A DNA stretch of 61,103 nt, filler included, from Sphacelaria rigidula (taxonomy: Eukaryota): assembly GCA_964200075.2 (NCBI GenBank). It is 4 parts of 4 records of this genome, joined end to end, with 100 filler letters (N's around TTAATTAATTAA, not from the genome) between each part and the next. Parts side by side here need not be neighbours in the genome. Positions count along the whole stretch, not along the records: positions 1 to 15,204 come from CAXNAA020001864.1; 3 more parts are not named here. One strand, written 5' to 3'. The notes under the pieces are model-generated. The model searched no databases, was not told the DNA's origin, and saw nothing but the letters and a program-made list of their open reading frames with translations. A program made the translations under genes and the position numbers. This document shows positions 1 to 12,301 of this stretch, in pieces. Within the stretch, counting starts at the first letter, position 1. Each line of letters opens with the position of its first letter.

Positions 1-54
1 ACACATGGAACCCCCCCCCCCCCCCCCCCCCTCCTTCTCTATTTTCTCCCTCAC

Positions 55-3000
55 CGACATCTGAGTAGGCTTCATGGTCGAGGAGACCTTGAAGTTGTAC
101 AGCTTCTCTTTTTCGTGCGCGGGGTAGTCCTCGTAGAAACGCCTCTGTATCATCGCCACGGCCTCCGTCAGCATTTCAATCGGGTTTATCGCCTGCATAC
201 AAAAGTAAGGGAAGGGACAGCAGCAGTGCATCCCTGTATTAAAAACAGGTGCTGATGTATTGCATTGAAATCAACATAAAATACATGCATGCGCCGCCAA
301 AAGTAAGCGCCCGACTCGCGAAGCTTTTACTATGCGATCTGACTCGGCGGGACTATTTGAGCAGGTCAGACGCAACATGTGACGCAGCGACGGTATACAA
401 GAATAGCAATGCAGTGTTGACAGACGACAGAAGATATAACAAGCGAGGTCATGGTCATCAATCGCCCATCACACCCGAGATGATGGTTATTACCGCGATA
501 CTGGCCGTTGATCGCGGGTCCTCGGGAATGCATTACCAACTACTGGACGTGCTTCTCTCGAAAATGCACACTGGTGACAAAAAAAAAAGTGGCAGAAAGG
601 AGCAATGCCACGGACACTAGGGGGGAATGCACAACAAATCGAAAAATAAATAAATCGAGAAACAAGGCTACTGCAACCCGTGCCCTCAACAAGACAATAG
701 CACTACCCACGCAACCCAGGAAAATAACCCGCCCCCCAGATTATACAGTATCACCCATTGATGCATACCATGTGTGGTAAGCCCGAGTGAAACAGCTTCC
801 CGATGGCCTTGATAGTCCAAACCAAAGAACCCACGGTGCCCACGCAGGGCTGCGAGTCGGCCGAGTCCACCCAAAATATCGGTCCCCGGTTAATGCCCAG
901 CTCCTGAAGCTTGCCCGAAGAGTGCAGCCCATCCACGCCCACCCCCTCAATCTCCCCATTTTCTTCATTGGCAATGAAAATCGCCAGCACGGAGCGGCTG
1001 AGGACCGGTCGCTTCTGTGCGAGCTCGATCATGAGCTCAGTGATCATGGCCACGTGCCCGAGGCAATCGGTCGTACCTCGGCCGTAGAGCTTGTCGCCGT
1101 CGCGAGTGAGGTGGAAAGGGTCTACGGACCATGTTTCGGGATTTGCCGGGACGACGTCCATGTGGGAGCCAAGGAAGGTTACCGTCCTATCTCCTGTGCC
1201 TGTTAGGTTGTCAAGGGCGGGGAGAGTTGTATCGGTGGTTTGAGCCAATCAACGGGCGGTTTTCCTCGGTTGCTATTTGCATGTGAGAGAGACAGCTTTT
1301 CAAGGAAAAGCCGATACTTAAATTCGTTCATGTTCACGAGAGCCGATTTGAACCATGCTTCATTCAACCACCCACTCGTGTAGTGCTCCTCATCGTATAC
1401 GAAGCGGGAGGAGGGGGGCGTGGGGCATCGTTTCGGTGCAGTACATGACATGAGTGTAAGAGGAAACTAGCCAAACTATGGGAGCTTGAACCTGCTTCAC
1501 GTGTAAATCTTGGTACATAGTAGTTGTGCTATACTTTCAGCATTACACCAGATCGATTCCGGGTCATGACGACGAACCCTGACCTAGAAACATAGGGAGA
1601 ACCGGGAAAATGATGTGTGGAAGGGTGTGTTTCTGTCCCTGGTATTGGTTCCTTTTGGGCTGCTCTTGATCCCTCAGTGACATGATGGCTAGATTCTTTT
1701 GACAACCTATTGTGCAACCTTACATCATGGGCGCCCGAGGCCGATTCCTCGGAGAATCCAATCTTCGGCAGTCCCGCCGAGTTTTGGACAATGGCAGTAG
1801 TGTCGGCGGATATGGCCGACAGTAAGTCGAGTCGGCCCTGATTCAGTTTATTCTAGATTTAGTCTCGCCCACGACTGCAGTAGCCTGGGTCCATCGTGAT
1901 CGAGTGGGCCGGTTAAGTGCGGTTGTGTTGTCCACATGCACGAAACACAAAAAAACGACCGAGGCCAGTCCCCGATCCCCAACTCCCAGCGCCACGGACT
2001 CCTCCTCGGGATGGAAGTGTTTGTCAGCGGGGCAAGTTCACTACTGCGGTTCCGTGCAATTTAGCTGTGTATGTGTCAACTTGTACCCATTCTGGTCAGT
2101 CTCCTGTGGGTACAAACATTCCGCAAATGAAACCTTAGGTATGAAATGAAGATAGCACCCACCCGCGCTCGCACGCGCCGCTTACAGCACCGACATCCCG
2201 CGCCAAGTACGCAAGCCGACTAGATATTCGGCAATAGCTGCATGTGCTCAAATCTCCATACATGCAATCGGGACGGACGGTTTGCGTTCTTTTTCTCGGC
2301 TTCTTCTCTTTTCCATTGAATTATTTTCTCCTTTTTGTGTTTTGTTTGTCTTCTGCTATTGCTGAGTTCATCACTTCATACCGTTTGTTCTGTCCTCATT
2401 CCCTGGTATGCGCGGGGCACTTCCGCAGTGTTTTTGCTCCAATCGGCGCCCGTGCCCAGGCACGAGTGGAGCAAAAACAACGCACGCTGTGCCTGGATGC
2501 CTACATATGTACCCCCCCCCTGTGCTCCGTCTCGAAAGGGATGCGTGGTCAATGGTCAAACGACTAAGGCAAGCAACGAATGAGTACACCCCCCCCCTGT
2601 GCCCGAGGCTTCATGGTCTGTCTTTGCTGGGGTTATGGTCGGGGTTAGCGTTAGAGTAAGGGTTAGCGTTAGGATAATGGTTAGCTTTAGGGTGTAGTTT
2701 GGATCGCCTGTATGAAGATCCAACATGCATGGCCTGAGATGAGTCACAGCCCTGTCAGTAAGGTTTCAAGAGACACCCTCACTCCCCTGGTACTCCCTTT
2801 CGGGGGTCATACGAGCTGGTTTACGCGTATCACCCAACATTGTGTCACTGACAAATGCCTTCCGCAATACCGACACAATAGTCGCGTACACGGTATGGTA
2901 CTGACCGGTTATGTACACATGACGAGGGTGATATAGCCGGATTCCTTCAAGGCCATAACGGCGGCGCTAATGGTGACAAGGTACCTCGACTTATCAGCAG

Positions 3001-6000
3001 CCTTCAAATTGTGCTGATATGAAAGATTTACAATTCCCAACCCGATTTCTACCCAATCTTCACATGATCTAAATCATAGTAACCGTCATTAGTTTGGGAG
3101 TCTCAAGAAAATGAAACATTCCAAAACGGTCACAATGGATCGAACTATACCCAAAACCGTGGTGTTTCAAAGATACGCGGTTTTTGGGTCGTCGGATTTC
3201 TACTGATGATATGCACCAAAAACCTCATGGAGCCTCCTGACAGTTTCCTTAGATCTGCCGGAGAAAATATCCCATCACCCTCAAACTTGGCAGCTCGGTA
3301 GGGGGCTGATGCTCCAAGTAAAAAAATGGCATGTTGAACACTTCAAATTTTCTCCGCTCTTCACCGGCTTCCGGGGATGACCTTCGGCAGCTGTTTCAGA
3401 ATGCTTCAAAGTAATAAAATATGATGTATGCGTCCAGAGGTAGTCCAAAGAGGATTTGTGAAAAATTTTGTTGCGCAACTTGAAAAATTAATGCAGTATT
3501 TCTCGTTAGGGTCCTCCTTATCGAAGGGCATTTTCCCCTTTCATGAAAATCCCTTTTTGAAAAACGACCGCTGATTGGTCGCTGCGATACCACCTCCCAG
3601 AAAAGCGTGCCAAGAAATCCCCCTTTTTGCCTTGATTTCACGAAGTGAAAAAACACTTCCTGAAACCCGCTGTTCGAGAGGGGGTTTCTGGATACCTCGA
3701 AGGGGAACATACATGTCCCGTTGACAGGGGCATCTGCAAAGGCTTGCCAGACAATCAACACAATCAGAGCTGACCCTGAGGAACTTGATGCCCCCCCAAA
3801 CCAAAGACACACAGCTCGAGCCGTACCTGCTCATCAGCTGAGCACGTTATGCGTGACCTTCCTCAAATCTGTTCAGAATTAATTGAGAAATAATGAATTG
3901 TGTGAGGTGCGCGCACAGCACGTGCGCACAAACGGTCAGCAACGACACGTTTTGGGTTGTTTTTTACATGTACGCGGCCGCCATTCGTTCACTACATAAC
4001 GGATTTCCGTCAAACAAAGACTGCCGTGTTTACACTAGCAAGGGCTAGCGGTGGAACCAATGCGCGTGAGCATTAGATGTCCGTGCATGTTTTGTCAGGG
4101 CTGGGTGTGTAGGTGTTATGTTGCCTTGTTGCGTCTGGTATGTAGCATTACAGAGACCTTGGAACAACGACCACTTCCAGACCCGCCGTGTTCCTGAATT
4201 GGTGAGTAGATCTGGGCTTTGATCTGTACAAAACTGCTTCTCGACAAGACTCAAAAGTGGCCATTGTGAGAGCCATCTCCATTTAAAGTGGGATTTTGAA
4301 AAGGGGGAAAATTAATTTCGATACGAAGAGCCCGTACAACGTCCACATACGTTTCTATACTAGAATCAATTAGTTGGGGAGTTTGTGCCTTTCAAGCTCA
4401 CTTCATCGCAGAAAATCGCGAACACTCACGCCGATTTTGGGAGGGTTCGACTCTGAAACTTTGGACACATATACCATGGAACATTACGAAAATTTTCTCC
4501 AGTTAACGGGGGTCCCAGAAAGATATGTGATCCCCCCAAATCTCTCGAAACGCTGGGACCACCGATCACTGGCGGAAAAATAAAAGTCGAAAAGGCCTCA
4601 TCCATTGAAAGTTTTGCAATGTCTCATGGTTTACGTGTGCAATTTTTCAAAGTCCAACTGCAAAAATCGGCATGAATATTGGCAAATGAACGCATTTTGC
4701 GTGAAAAGTGTAAACCAGCAGCTCGTATACGGACTTGAGTCCACGATAAAGCATAAAACTGATGTCTTCGATCATTTTGTCTTGTATGGGCTTGGAGTGC
4801 TGCAGTACGGGTGATGCTAAATCACCTTGGTACTTGATGATGACATTGCCGCGGCCGGGAGCAAAGTGTACGCGCTCCACCTCGAGGGGGCCACCGTTCT
4901 CCTTGGTGTAGGGTGCCAGCGATTCCAGGACGAGGTCAGACGCGTTATCCTCTCGAGGGATCATGCCCTGTTTGGTGTTTTGTTTTCGCAAGCCAAACAC
5001 GCACACGAAGGGAGAACCAGAACCGCACACTCATATCAATCATCACTGTCGGTCATTTGTCGTACAAGGAATGAGGCTGCTTCTGATGGCAAAAAAAAAA
5101 AATGCTACTTCTGCGTCGTTAGACACTCTGAAAGAGAACTACGTGGATGTCGAGACCTTGGAATGCGTTGCTTTACTCGTTGAGACGGTTCCAGCACACC
5201 TTCGTGTTTCCGGTGGCCGCAGGTGTTTTTGTGGGCAAACTTGCATGTTCTTAACGGACAAGTCTGGGAGAACTTTTGGTTCAGAGTCCAGAATCATGTT
5301 TCCGGCATCTGGGGAGTTTGTGTGAGCTGTGTCTTGATCGGATTTTTCATATATAGGATCCTTCTTCGCGTATGAGCACACTCTGCAATGCCATACGTAC
5401 ATACAAAATCAGTAGAAGAGAAAGCGAACGAATATCTACCGCGTTTGTGAGGCTCATCAGTATCCATGAACTCTTACTGACAATGAGCCTCACAAGCGCG
5501 GTAGAGCTAATTTCGTTGATACTGATTTTGTACGTACGTATGGCATTGCAGAGACTGCGCTCATACGGAAAAAAGACCCTGACGATGAAAAATCCGGCCA
5601 ATACACTGACGACACAAACTCCCCAGATGCCAGGAAAATGACTATGAACTCTAAGACGCCAAGAACGGTGACAGCAGCGACCACGAGGACCTGGAAAACG
5701 CCGATGACACAAAGGCACCCGTTGAAGAAATGCGTGGGAACTTTAAACCCAAAGTTTTCCTGGATGTTTGTCAACAGCCGATTCTAAATTTTGCAGGAAT
5801 GGCGCGAAAATAGTTACACCTGGGGGAACCATCTCCCCCACCCCCCTAAAACAAAATCTGCAGCAGTTCAGCAGTTGTGGCCAGGTGCACCGAACGAATG
5901 CGGTGTACCCGCGTGTCGATGACGATACCACCGGAGGAGTAACGGCAGAGAGGAAGCTCCCCGCCCGTATCCTGTGTGTCCTTGCTCGGCAATTCCCAAT

Positions 6001-9000
6001 CGCTCGAGAGACTGACATCATGCATGTTACCAGCATGTACCCAATTTCCCATGTGCCGGTAGGCAGGTTATTGCTGCAGAACCCCCCAAAGAACATCGAG
6101 GTGCCGAGGTGTCGTCTCTTCTAGTCTGTGGAGCTCATCAATGCAAAGATCGATCCGTCTCTGCCCTTCTTTTTGGACAGGACGCGCCTCTGTGCGCTGC
6201 AGAACATGTCGTTGAAAGAGAGGGCGATGTTCCCGTCACCGCTACTGTTCTCTGTAACACACATGCCAGCAAGGACGGTGCTGCGGCAATAACAAATCCA
6301 ACAGCAACTCGGGGGGGGGGGTGTTATTCATCGTTGATTTTACCCGAAATGTATATTCTTACCTGTGCGTGCGCGACGACAAGAGCGTGCCACACGCCAG
6401 TTGGCGAGATGTATGAGATATGAACACTTGTGGAGACCTTCTTGTCATGCGGAGTGAAAGAAGATACCTATGGTGGTGACCTAACTGTTGCTGGCGTGGC
6501 GCATGGGGGTGCCTCTATGCTGCAATCTTAAGCAGCCACCCACCCGCTGCGTGTGCCGCGGTAGCTTTCGACAATTCCCAAGTGAGGAGGTCATTCGCCA
6601 CAAGCTGGGGCGAAATATTTTTCACGAGGAACAAGAGTCCTCCATGATCAACCACTTGTCGTTGCATTTGAGACCCACGCCATCAACCGCCGACCGCAAA
6701 GGTCTTTTGGCTTTCAAGCAACGCTGGTGGCAGTACGCTAGACAGACCCAGTCAAAGCTAGCTTTCGTTGCTCTACGAGTCCTGTACTGACTGTCGCGAC
6801 GTCTGTACAATCACCTCGTAACAACACCGAAATTGACAAGGGCTATAAAATTAAACAGTTCCATTTTTTCAACTCATTCCACACAATGTAAAGAACTCTC
6901 AAGAGCTTCAGATGTGGAAGGCGCTGAGGGCGCGGTATGCCTTGAAAAATGGATACCCGCATTGCATTTTTTCCCTCGACACTATCTGATACCAATTATA
7001 GGGGGTATGGTATCAAATGAGCACGCGGGAGGCAACGGATCCTGTCAGGTGTGTCACAAATCTTCATCCGGTTATGGATCAACGCTCGAAGGGACACAGT
7101 CAAGAAGCACCCTTCAGGCTCCGTTATATATCTGAAGGTTAGGGCATCAACGTTCCCGCTCCAAGTCGCGCGACAGCTTGACGCTAAGCTCCTCTCGCGC
7201 GAACAGTGGGTTGTGCCAAGGACCCCGGCAAAGCTACGTGGAAAGGGGGAAACGTTCCCTTACAGACAGTTCCAGAACTTCCAGACCGGGCATGATAACA
7301 GTATCATAGCCACGGAGGTGGTCGCTGTGCTCCTCTTCTCGCAGTATCAAGCTACGGTAAGGCCTGTCCGAATATGCACGCCAATATTTTGTGGTCGAGC
7401 AATTTCCAATTCGCCGAGCTCTTGTGTGTAATGAGTACCATCTGGCAAAGTGACGCGTTTTGCAAGTCTACTTCCACGTCGGATACAGGAAGCAGTCACG
7501 TATCCGTGTGCAGAGAGTGACACCCGCAGCTCTGAAAATACAGGACCAGCTTAATCATTTGCTCCTCAACCGGGGCAGGTTTTGAGTAGCAACCGCTTGC
7601 GATCTGTGCAGTGACGTTCGTCCTTCGCCATGCTGATTCCTCCACCGCCTGTCCCCCCGCCTGCTGCGCCAGCTGTCCGTGCTGATTGTGATCACCTCTA
7701 ATCCCAGGATGGTTTTCTTCACTGGGCTCAGTACATTTGATAGTGTGGAACATGACTACTTCAACTCGAGCACTTTACAGTCGGTGAAACAAATGCGGCA
7801 CAAAAGCCTACATATCATGGAAAAGGAACACTGTTATGCCCGTGAATGAGGGCCAATTTTGGGCACTATATGTCGGGAAAATGGACCGACCACCTACACC
7901 GTCAGTTGAATGCAGAAGAAATGAGGCCTAAATGAGCCAATCAGTATCAATCACAAGTACACCCGTCACTCGTAATGACGACGACGTTCATACATAATGT
8001 ACTATTAATAGAGTACATTTTACAACAAACCTGTGACCGACGTTGCTGTACACTTGTACACAGGGTTACAACAAGAGGATAAAGGCTGCTGATTGTGTTG
8101 TTGTTGTGCCCCTCTTGTTGCAGTATGTTGCTGTGCCCATATTTCAACGCAGTTCTCTCGGCAACGAAGCAGAGGATTGGACTGCGGTTTGATACGTGCG
8201 CATCCCAAACACCGAAACTGATCAGTGTGGCCACGGGTTTCTGTAACGCGTGCCGCAGAGGCCGCAGCACTTTGTGAACCGCTGCACCAAACACAAAATG
8301 TACTTGAAAACGCGTCCCCTAGGACGTTCTGGCGCTTTTCGGGTCGGCTGTGGCGAATCAAGCAACTCCGCCGCTACACTGACTAGGTGTAGTGTATGTG
8401 CGGGGGGCTGTGAAGTCCCACAGGCCGGTTTGCTTCCTGTAACGAGAAATACGCGATAAAAAAAATTACAGCTGTCACATACTAAACCAAGGTCATTTGG
8501 GATGGAGCGTGTGTGCTGTTCGGCAGGGGTTCGGTACAGGTCTGACCAGTCTGTGACGTCTTCATTTTTTCTCAGGCCGTGTCTTGAAAAAACAAAATCG
8601 AGTGGAACGAGTTCGTGCGGCGGAATTGATTGAGGTCGTTTTGCTGTGTTTGTGTCCGAGCGAATTTGCACGCTTTGGATCGAACAGGCTAAACGAAATT
8701 CGTGAAGCAGTACTTGTTTACTTATACTACAGACAACAGTACAGAAAGTACAAGCAGTACATGTTGCCTGTGCATAGTGTGTTTCGTACAGCATGCAGGC
8801 GCGATGTGGAAGAGAAGCGGGCAACGTGAAATACAGACAGCTGGCATACAGGAGGATGCGAAGAAGATTTCACTGGAACCGCAGGTAAGGTACCGTACCG
8901 AGCGTACCCCCGGTATTTACCGGGGTATCTCATACCGTGGTATTCGTGGATATCGTAGATAGGAGTTTCGAAAATACCCGATTGAGCGGGTACGTAGGTA

Positions 9001-12000
9001 TTGAAATCTCGACATACCGTGGTATCGTGGGTATCGTAGGTAGTGGTATCTTGAAATCCCGTGGTATCGTGGGTATGATTTGATTTTGATTCAATTGTCG
9101 CACTTTAACTGACCCCTCAGGGGTCCAGCCGTGGTCTCATGCTAGTGGTCTCATGATAAACGTACCCAAGACAAAATAAAACTGAAGCACTCGCTGAAGA
9201 AAAAAGAAACAGAAAAAAGAAAAGGAAAAATAAATAAATACGAAGTTGAACAGAACGATGTGTGACATTTGAAAATACCCGATAGGCTCGGTATCGGTAA
9301 GGTATGAGATGTCCGAAATACCAGTACCGGGTACCTGCCTCCCCCTCTTTACCTGCTTCAAAACTGCCATCCGGCAGTGTGGAGAAGCGTTTCAGGGGGT
9401 GACTTGGCACGTTTGTTTTCGATCGAAAAAATGGGGCGGTGGAATTGATTTGAGCGAAATTCGCTCATTTTTGCCGAGTTGGACCCACGCTGCGAATTTC
9501 AAGCTTTCGACCGAAAAGAAGAGACCGTGAAATTCGTGAAGCGGTACATGGTCACTCGTGTGCAGCAGTACAGACTGCACTGCTTGCAAGCCGTGTATCT
9601 TGAGTGCGTGTGTGCGTGTTTCGTTCAGGAGGATTTTAAAGAGAAGCGTGCAACGTGCAGTGCAGACAGCCCAGGACTATCGGTTCTCTCTGCTTACAAT
9701 GCGACGTGAAAAGGGCTTCAATAACGTGCAGCTTTGTACGGCTTCCACTGTCCATGATGGTGTACGCCACTCGGTCGCCCACCGCATCACGCAATTCCGT
9801 TGCTGACCCCTGCCATGAGGGAAGATGCGCAAGTTGTTGCCAACAAAAATAAACAAAGCATACCCAACTACTACAGTATATCTATCCCTGTGCTGAACTC
9901 GTGCTCTATGCTGCAGGGTTGCGGTGGTGGCTGAGAATGAGTTGGATGGGGTTCGCATGGTCTGTGAACAGGTATTATCTGGCGCGGTGGTCTGTAAGAC
10001 AGGAGTCAAGTGCTGCTTCATGCCTTTCGACCGCATGTTTTCGATCGAAAACGATTGTTTTTCACCTCGATACGTCCTCCTCTGCGCGTCGCTAATTATA
10101 CCTTTGAGTTGAAGCATCTGGGAACATAAATGCGGTGGACCTATCAGATCGGTGAAAAAAATCGACCGCACTTCTTCGATCGAAAAAAAAGGACTGCGAG
10201 CTGGGCAAGCCTAAGCGGATTTGTAGTTTGCAGGCGAATTCGCAATTTTTAAACCAGAGTTGGATGGTGGAATTTGACACCGTATGGACAATCAATCAAC
10301 AGGGCATGAAAAAAACTGTGTGCGGGGTCCCATACATTTTTTCCTGGTGATTTAACCCTTAGGCCGCGAGGTTAGTCTTCTGTTGAATCGGCATCAATTT
10401 CAAGTGAAAAAAGGTATGCATGGTCCAGAAAGAACAATCTCGCGGTTCAAGGGTTAACGGCATTTTACTAGAACCTCAAAGCTGATTATTGCCCTACACT
10501 CACGAAATTAACAGTTTGGGACCCCACACGCAGCTTTTTTTCATGCCCTGTTGATTGTCCATACCATATTTCTCTGTCCAACTCTAAGTGAAAAATTGCG
10601 AATTCGCCTTTTAAAAACCAGGCCGGGCGAAATTCGCAACAGTATTTTGCAGGCCGTTTACCGGTCTACATCTGGTGTTTGTGTTTTGAAACATTGTGCA
10701 GGACCTCGCTAGGTCATGCTGAACCAAGAAAAATGGATCAGGTTGATTTTGACTTTTTTTTCCGCTGGTTCAGGGCGTTTTAGTATGGTAACGACCATTT
10801 TGTTTTATACTCCAGCATACCCCTGTCGTTCTGCATTCCAAGTTTCAAAACATAATTTTGAAAATTGAGATAAAAAATTGAGATAAGGTCGAAGAGCAAT
10901 GTTCCTTTCTCCTCAAAACTCCCCTAGAAACACTAAAAAAAGGAAAAACGAAAAAAAAGGGAAAAGCTGGGGGGGGGGGTTCATGATGCACTAGCAGTTC
11001 TCCATACCAAATTTCATAGCACAACTCTCAAAAACTGAGACGCTTTAGCCAGATTTAGGGTATCTCGTGCCTCTGCTCGTAATATATTGATTTTAGTATG
11101 GAACCTTATGTGCGCTATATTTCGAGATAGATACGATTTGGGTAAAGGTGAGGTTATCTATCGTCTCCCCGTACTCCAGGGAAGGTCCACACCAAAAATC
11201 GTCATCATCCGCTGAATGCATCGTTCGGGGTTTCATATAGATTTTAGTCTAGACGCTATCTCCGTACGGTAGAGGAATTACTAGACATGGGGTTTGATTA
11301 AGGAGAAAAAATGATCCAGATTTTTGAGCAGATGGGCACATTCCCCTTGATTAGACGATTCATCCGATATGCGGATCATGGCCCAACTCGTCTGCGTCGA
11401 TGAGATATTGCTTTGAGAGCTGAAATCCGTTTTTAGGCTGGCCCAGCTCGTGAGGCACATCCTGGGGGGGGTAATGACTATACTCACAATTTCATCTGAT
11501 ACTTAGAGTTGCTGTGAAGTGTTCGAAAACCCGCGAGGGATTGGAGCTAAATGTCAACCCAGATGATCTTTCGAAGGCAGGAAACGACTCACGACGAAAG
11601 GAGGAACTTCGCAGGGAATTCCAAATTCTGCTTGGGCATCGTATCACAACCCCAGCCAACAAGTAAAACCGCATGGCACTACAGAGAGTAGCGTAAAACG
11701 AACGATGAACGGTGAACCCATCATTGCAATAGCCACCATCCAGCTAAGCACACAGCAACTAGTCGCATTATCGCTTCATCGCCCGTATCTGGCTAAGGCG
11801 GGTGATCGAAGAGCGGGATCGACGAGCATTGATTCAGGCTTTCCATGAGGAGCAAGCACACCAAGGGCAGGTTTGCAAATCAGAAAAATGCAGCCGAATG
11901 CATTGAGTTAGTTCATGCACTTCACTTGCCTGGGACGGGTTGTTCTGCAACGTTTCCACCTTGTCGATGAGCTTCGTGAGTAGCTCCACAAACCTGTCTT

Positions 12001-12064
12001 GGTCCATCTCTATATTAGAAATTAGTGCCTTAGAAGCATCCTCGCTTGCACTCATGGCGGCCAT
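55..12064 (-). CDS. argE: Acetylornithine deacetylase / M20 metallopeptidase (ArgE/NAOD-like), 5' part; exons 12064-11930, 4967-4826, 1199-769, 192-55; continues off the left edge
   Basis: Exons splice in frame (phases 0,1,0) to MAAMSASED...LQNNPSQ|GMIPRED...GRGNVIIKYQ|GTGDRTVTFLGSHMDVVPA...KLYGRGTTDCLGH...FIANEENGE...GKLFHSGLPHM|AINPIEM...STMKPTQMS. M20 motifs SHxDVV, YGRGxxD and xEE are present. Intron 1 has a GC donor (CAG|GCAAGT); the others are GT-AG. Confidence 0.93.
2526..2583 (+). mobile_element. Extremely 5'-truncated LINE 3' end with target-site duplication
   Basis: tccgtctcgaaagggatgcgtggtcaatggtcaaacgactaaggcaagcaac matches the 3' end of the LINE relic at ~44185-44240 (minus). 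Flanked by the direct repeat gtac(a)ccccccccctgtgc at 2509-2525 and 2584-2602. Confidence 0.7.
2630..2695 (+). repeat. Degenerate (TTAGGG)n-like interstitial telomeric hexamer run
   Basis: ggttatggtcggggttagcgttagagtaagggttagcgttaggataatggttagctttagggt has 6-bp periodicity around GGTTAG. Confidence 0.55.
5281..5654. repeat. Long imperfect inverted repeat (foldback) in argE intron 1
   Basis: Arm pairs 5281-5323/5612-5654, 5381-5414/5520-5553 (34 bp, one mismatch) and 5435-5457/5483-5505. Loop about 25 nt. Weaker pairing extends toward ~5190/5720. Confidence 0.85.
5795..6530 (+). repeat. Dispersed repeat, copy 1 (non-autonomous TE); copy 2 at ~44980-45690
   Basis: Collinear shared blocks: cagttgtggc..tgcaccgaacga, gtgtcgatgacgata, caatcgctcgagagactg, ggagctcatcaatgc, cacacatgccagcaaggacggtgc, ggtggtgacctaactgttgct. 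Confidence 0.8.
6600..8850 (-). mobile_element. Highly degenerate hAT-like transposase relic in argE intron 1
   Basis: Fragmented minus-strand motifs in hAT order: LVCDS (catalytic D-like), AHTLHLV (CxAHxLxL-like), LQKPVAT (PVxTRW-like) and PSTSEALESS (PxTSxxxERxFS-like). Many stops and frameshifts. Confidence 0.45.
8882..9337. mobile_element. MITE-like element rich in ggtatc/taccg subrepeats, interrupted by a LINE tail at ~9076-9170
   Basis: Ends caggtaaggtaccgtacc and gtaccgggtacctg are imperfect inverted repeats. Internal gatttgattttgatt-...-actttaactgacccc matches the tail at 28941-29050. Confidence 0.5.
9395..10211. mobile_element. PIF/Harbinger-like non-autonomous element, longer relative of the MITE at 46416-46712
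   Basis: Start gggggtgacttggcacgtttgttttcgatcgaaaaaatggggcggtggaattgatttgagcgaa matches 46416 onward. Inverted subterminal ttcgatcgaaaaaa near 10175-10190. Confidence 0.6.
10232..10608. repeat. Second foldback element in argE intron 1
   Basis: 10232-10266 pairs with 10574-10608 (ggcgaattcgcaattttt / aaaaattgcgaattcgcc). 10283-10335 pairs with 10513-10563. Confidence 0.85.
10356..10453 (+). mobile_element. 98-bp piggyBac-like MITE with perfect TTAA target-site duplication
   Basis: TTAA|CCCTTAGGCCGCGAGGTT ... AATCTCGCGGTTCAAGGG|TTAA: CCC...GGG ends with TTAA on both sides, the piggyBac signature. Confidence 0.85.
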
Positions 12065-12301
12065 TTTATGCGGTTCACGACAGAACAGTCCAGGGCACTA
12101 CACTGTGATTGCTGCACAACAGAGATCTACTGCTGGCAAGCGGTGGCGGATCGTGCGGTGACCGGAACAACAGGAGTTTGTGTGTTTTTAGAGTATGATA
12201 TGCTCAGATATGAAATTCTCTGATCGGCGGTTGTTGATCGTTCCGCCGCACGAACGCCTAGCGGGGGTATAGGAGGCGCTTGTACGCTTGACTATTCTAC
12301 C
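12065..12301. promoter_or_regulatory. Putative bidirectional promoter between divergent argE-like and YAE1-like start codons
   Basis: Only 237 bp separate the minus-strand ATG (12064) from the plus-strand ATG (12302). No specific motif is called. Confidence 0.5.
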
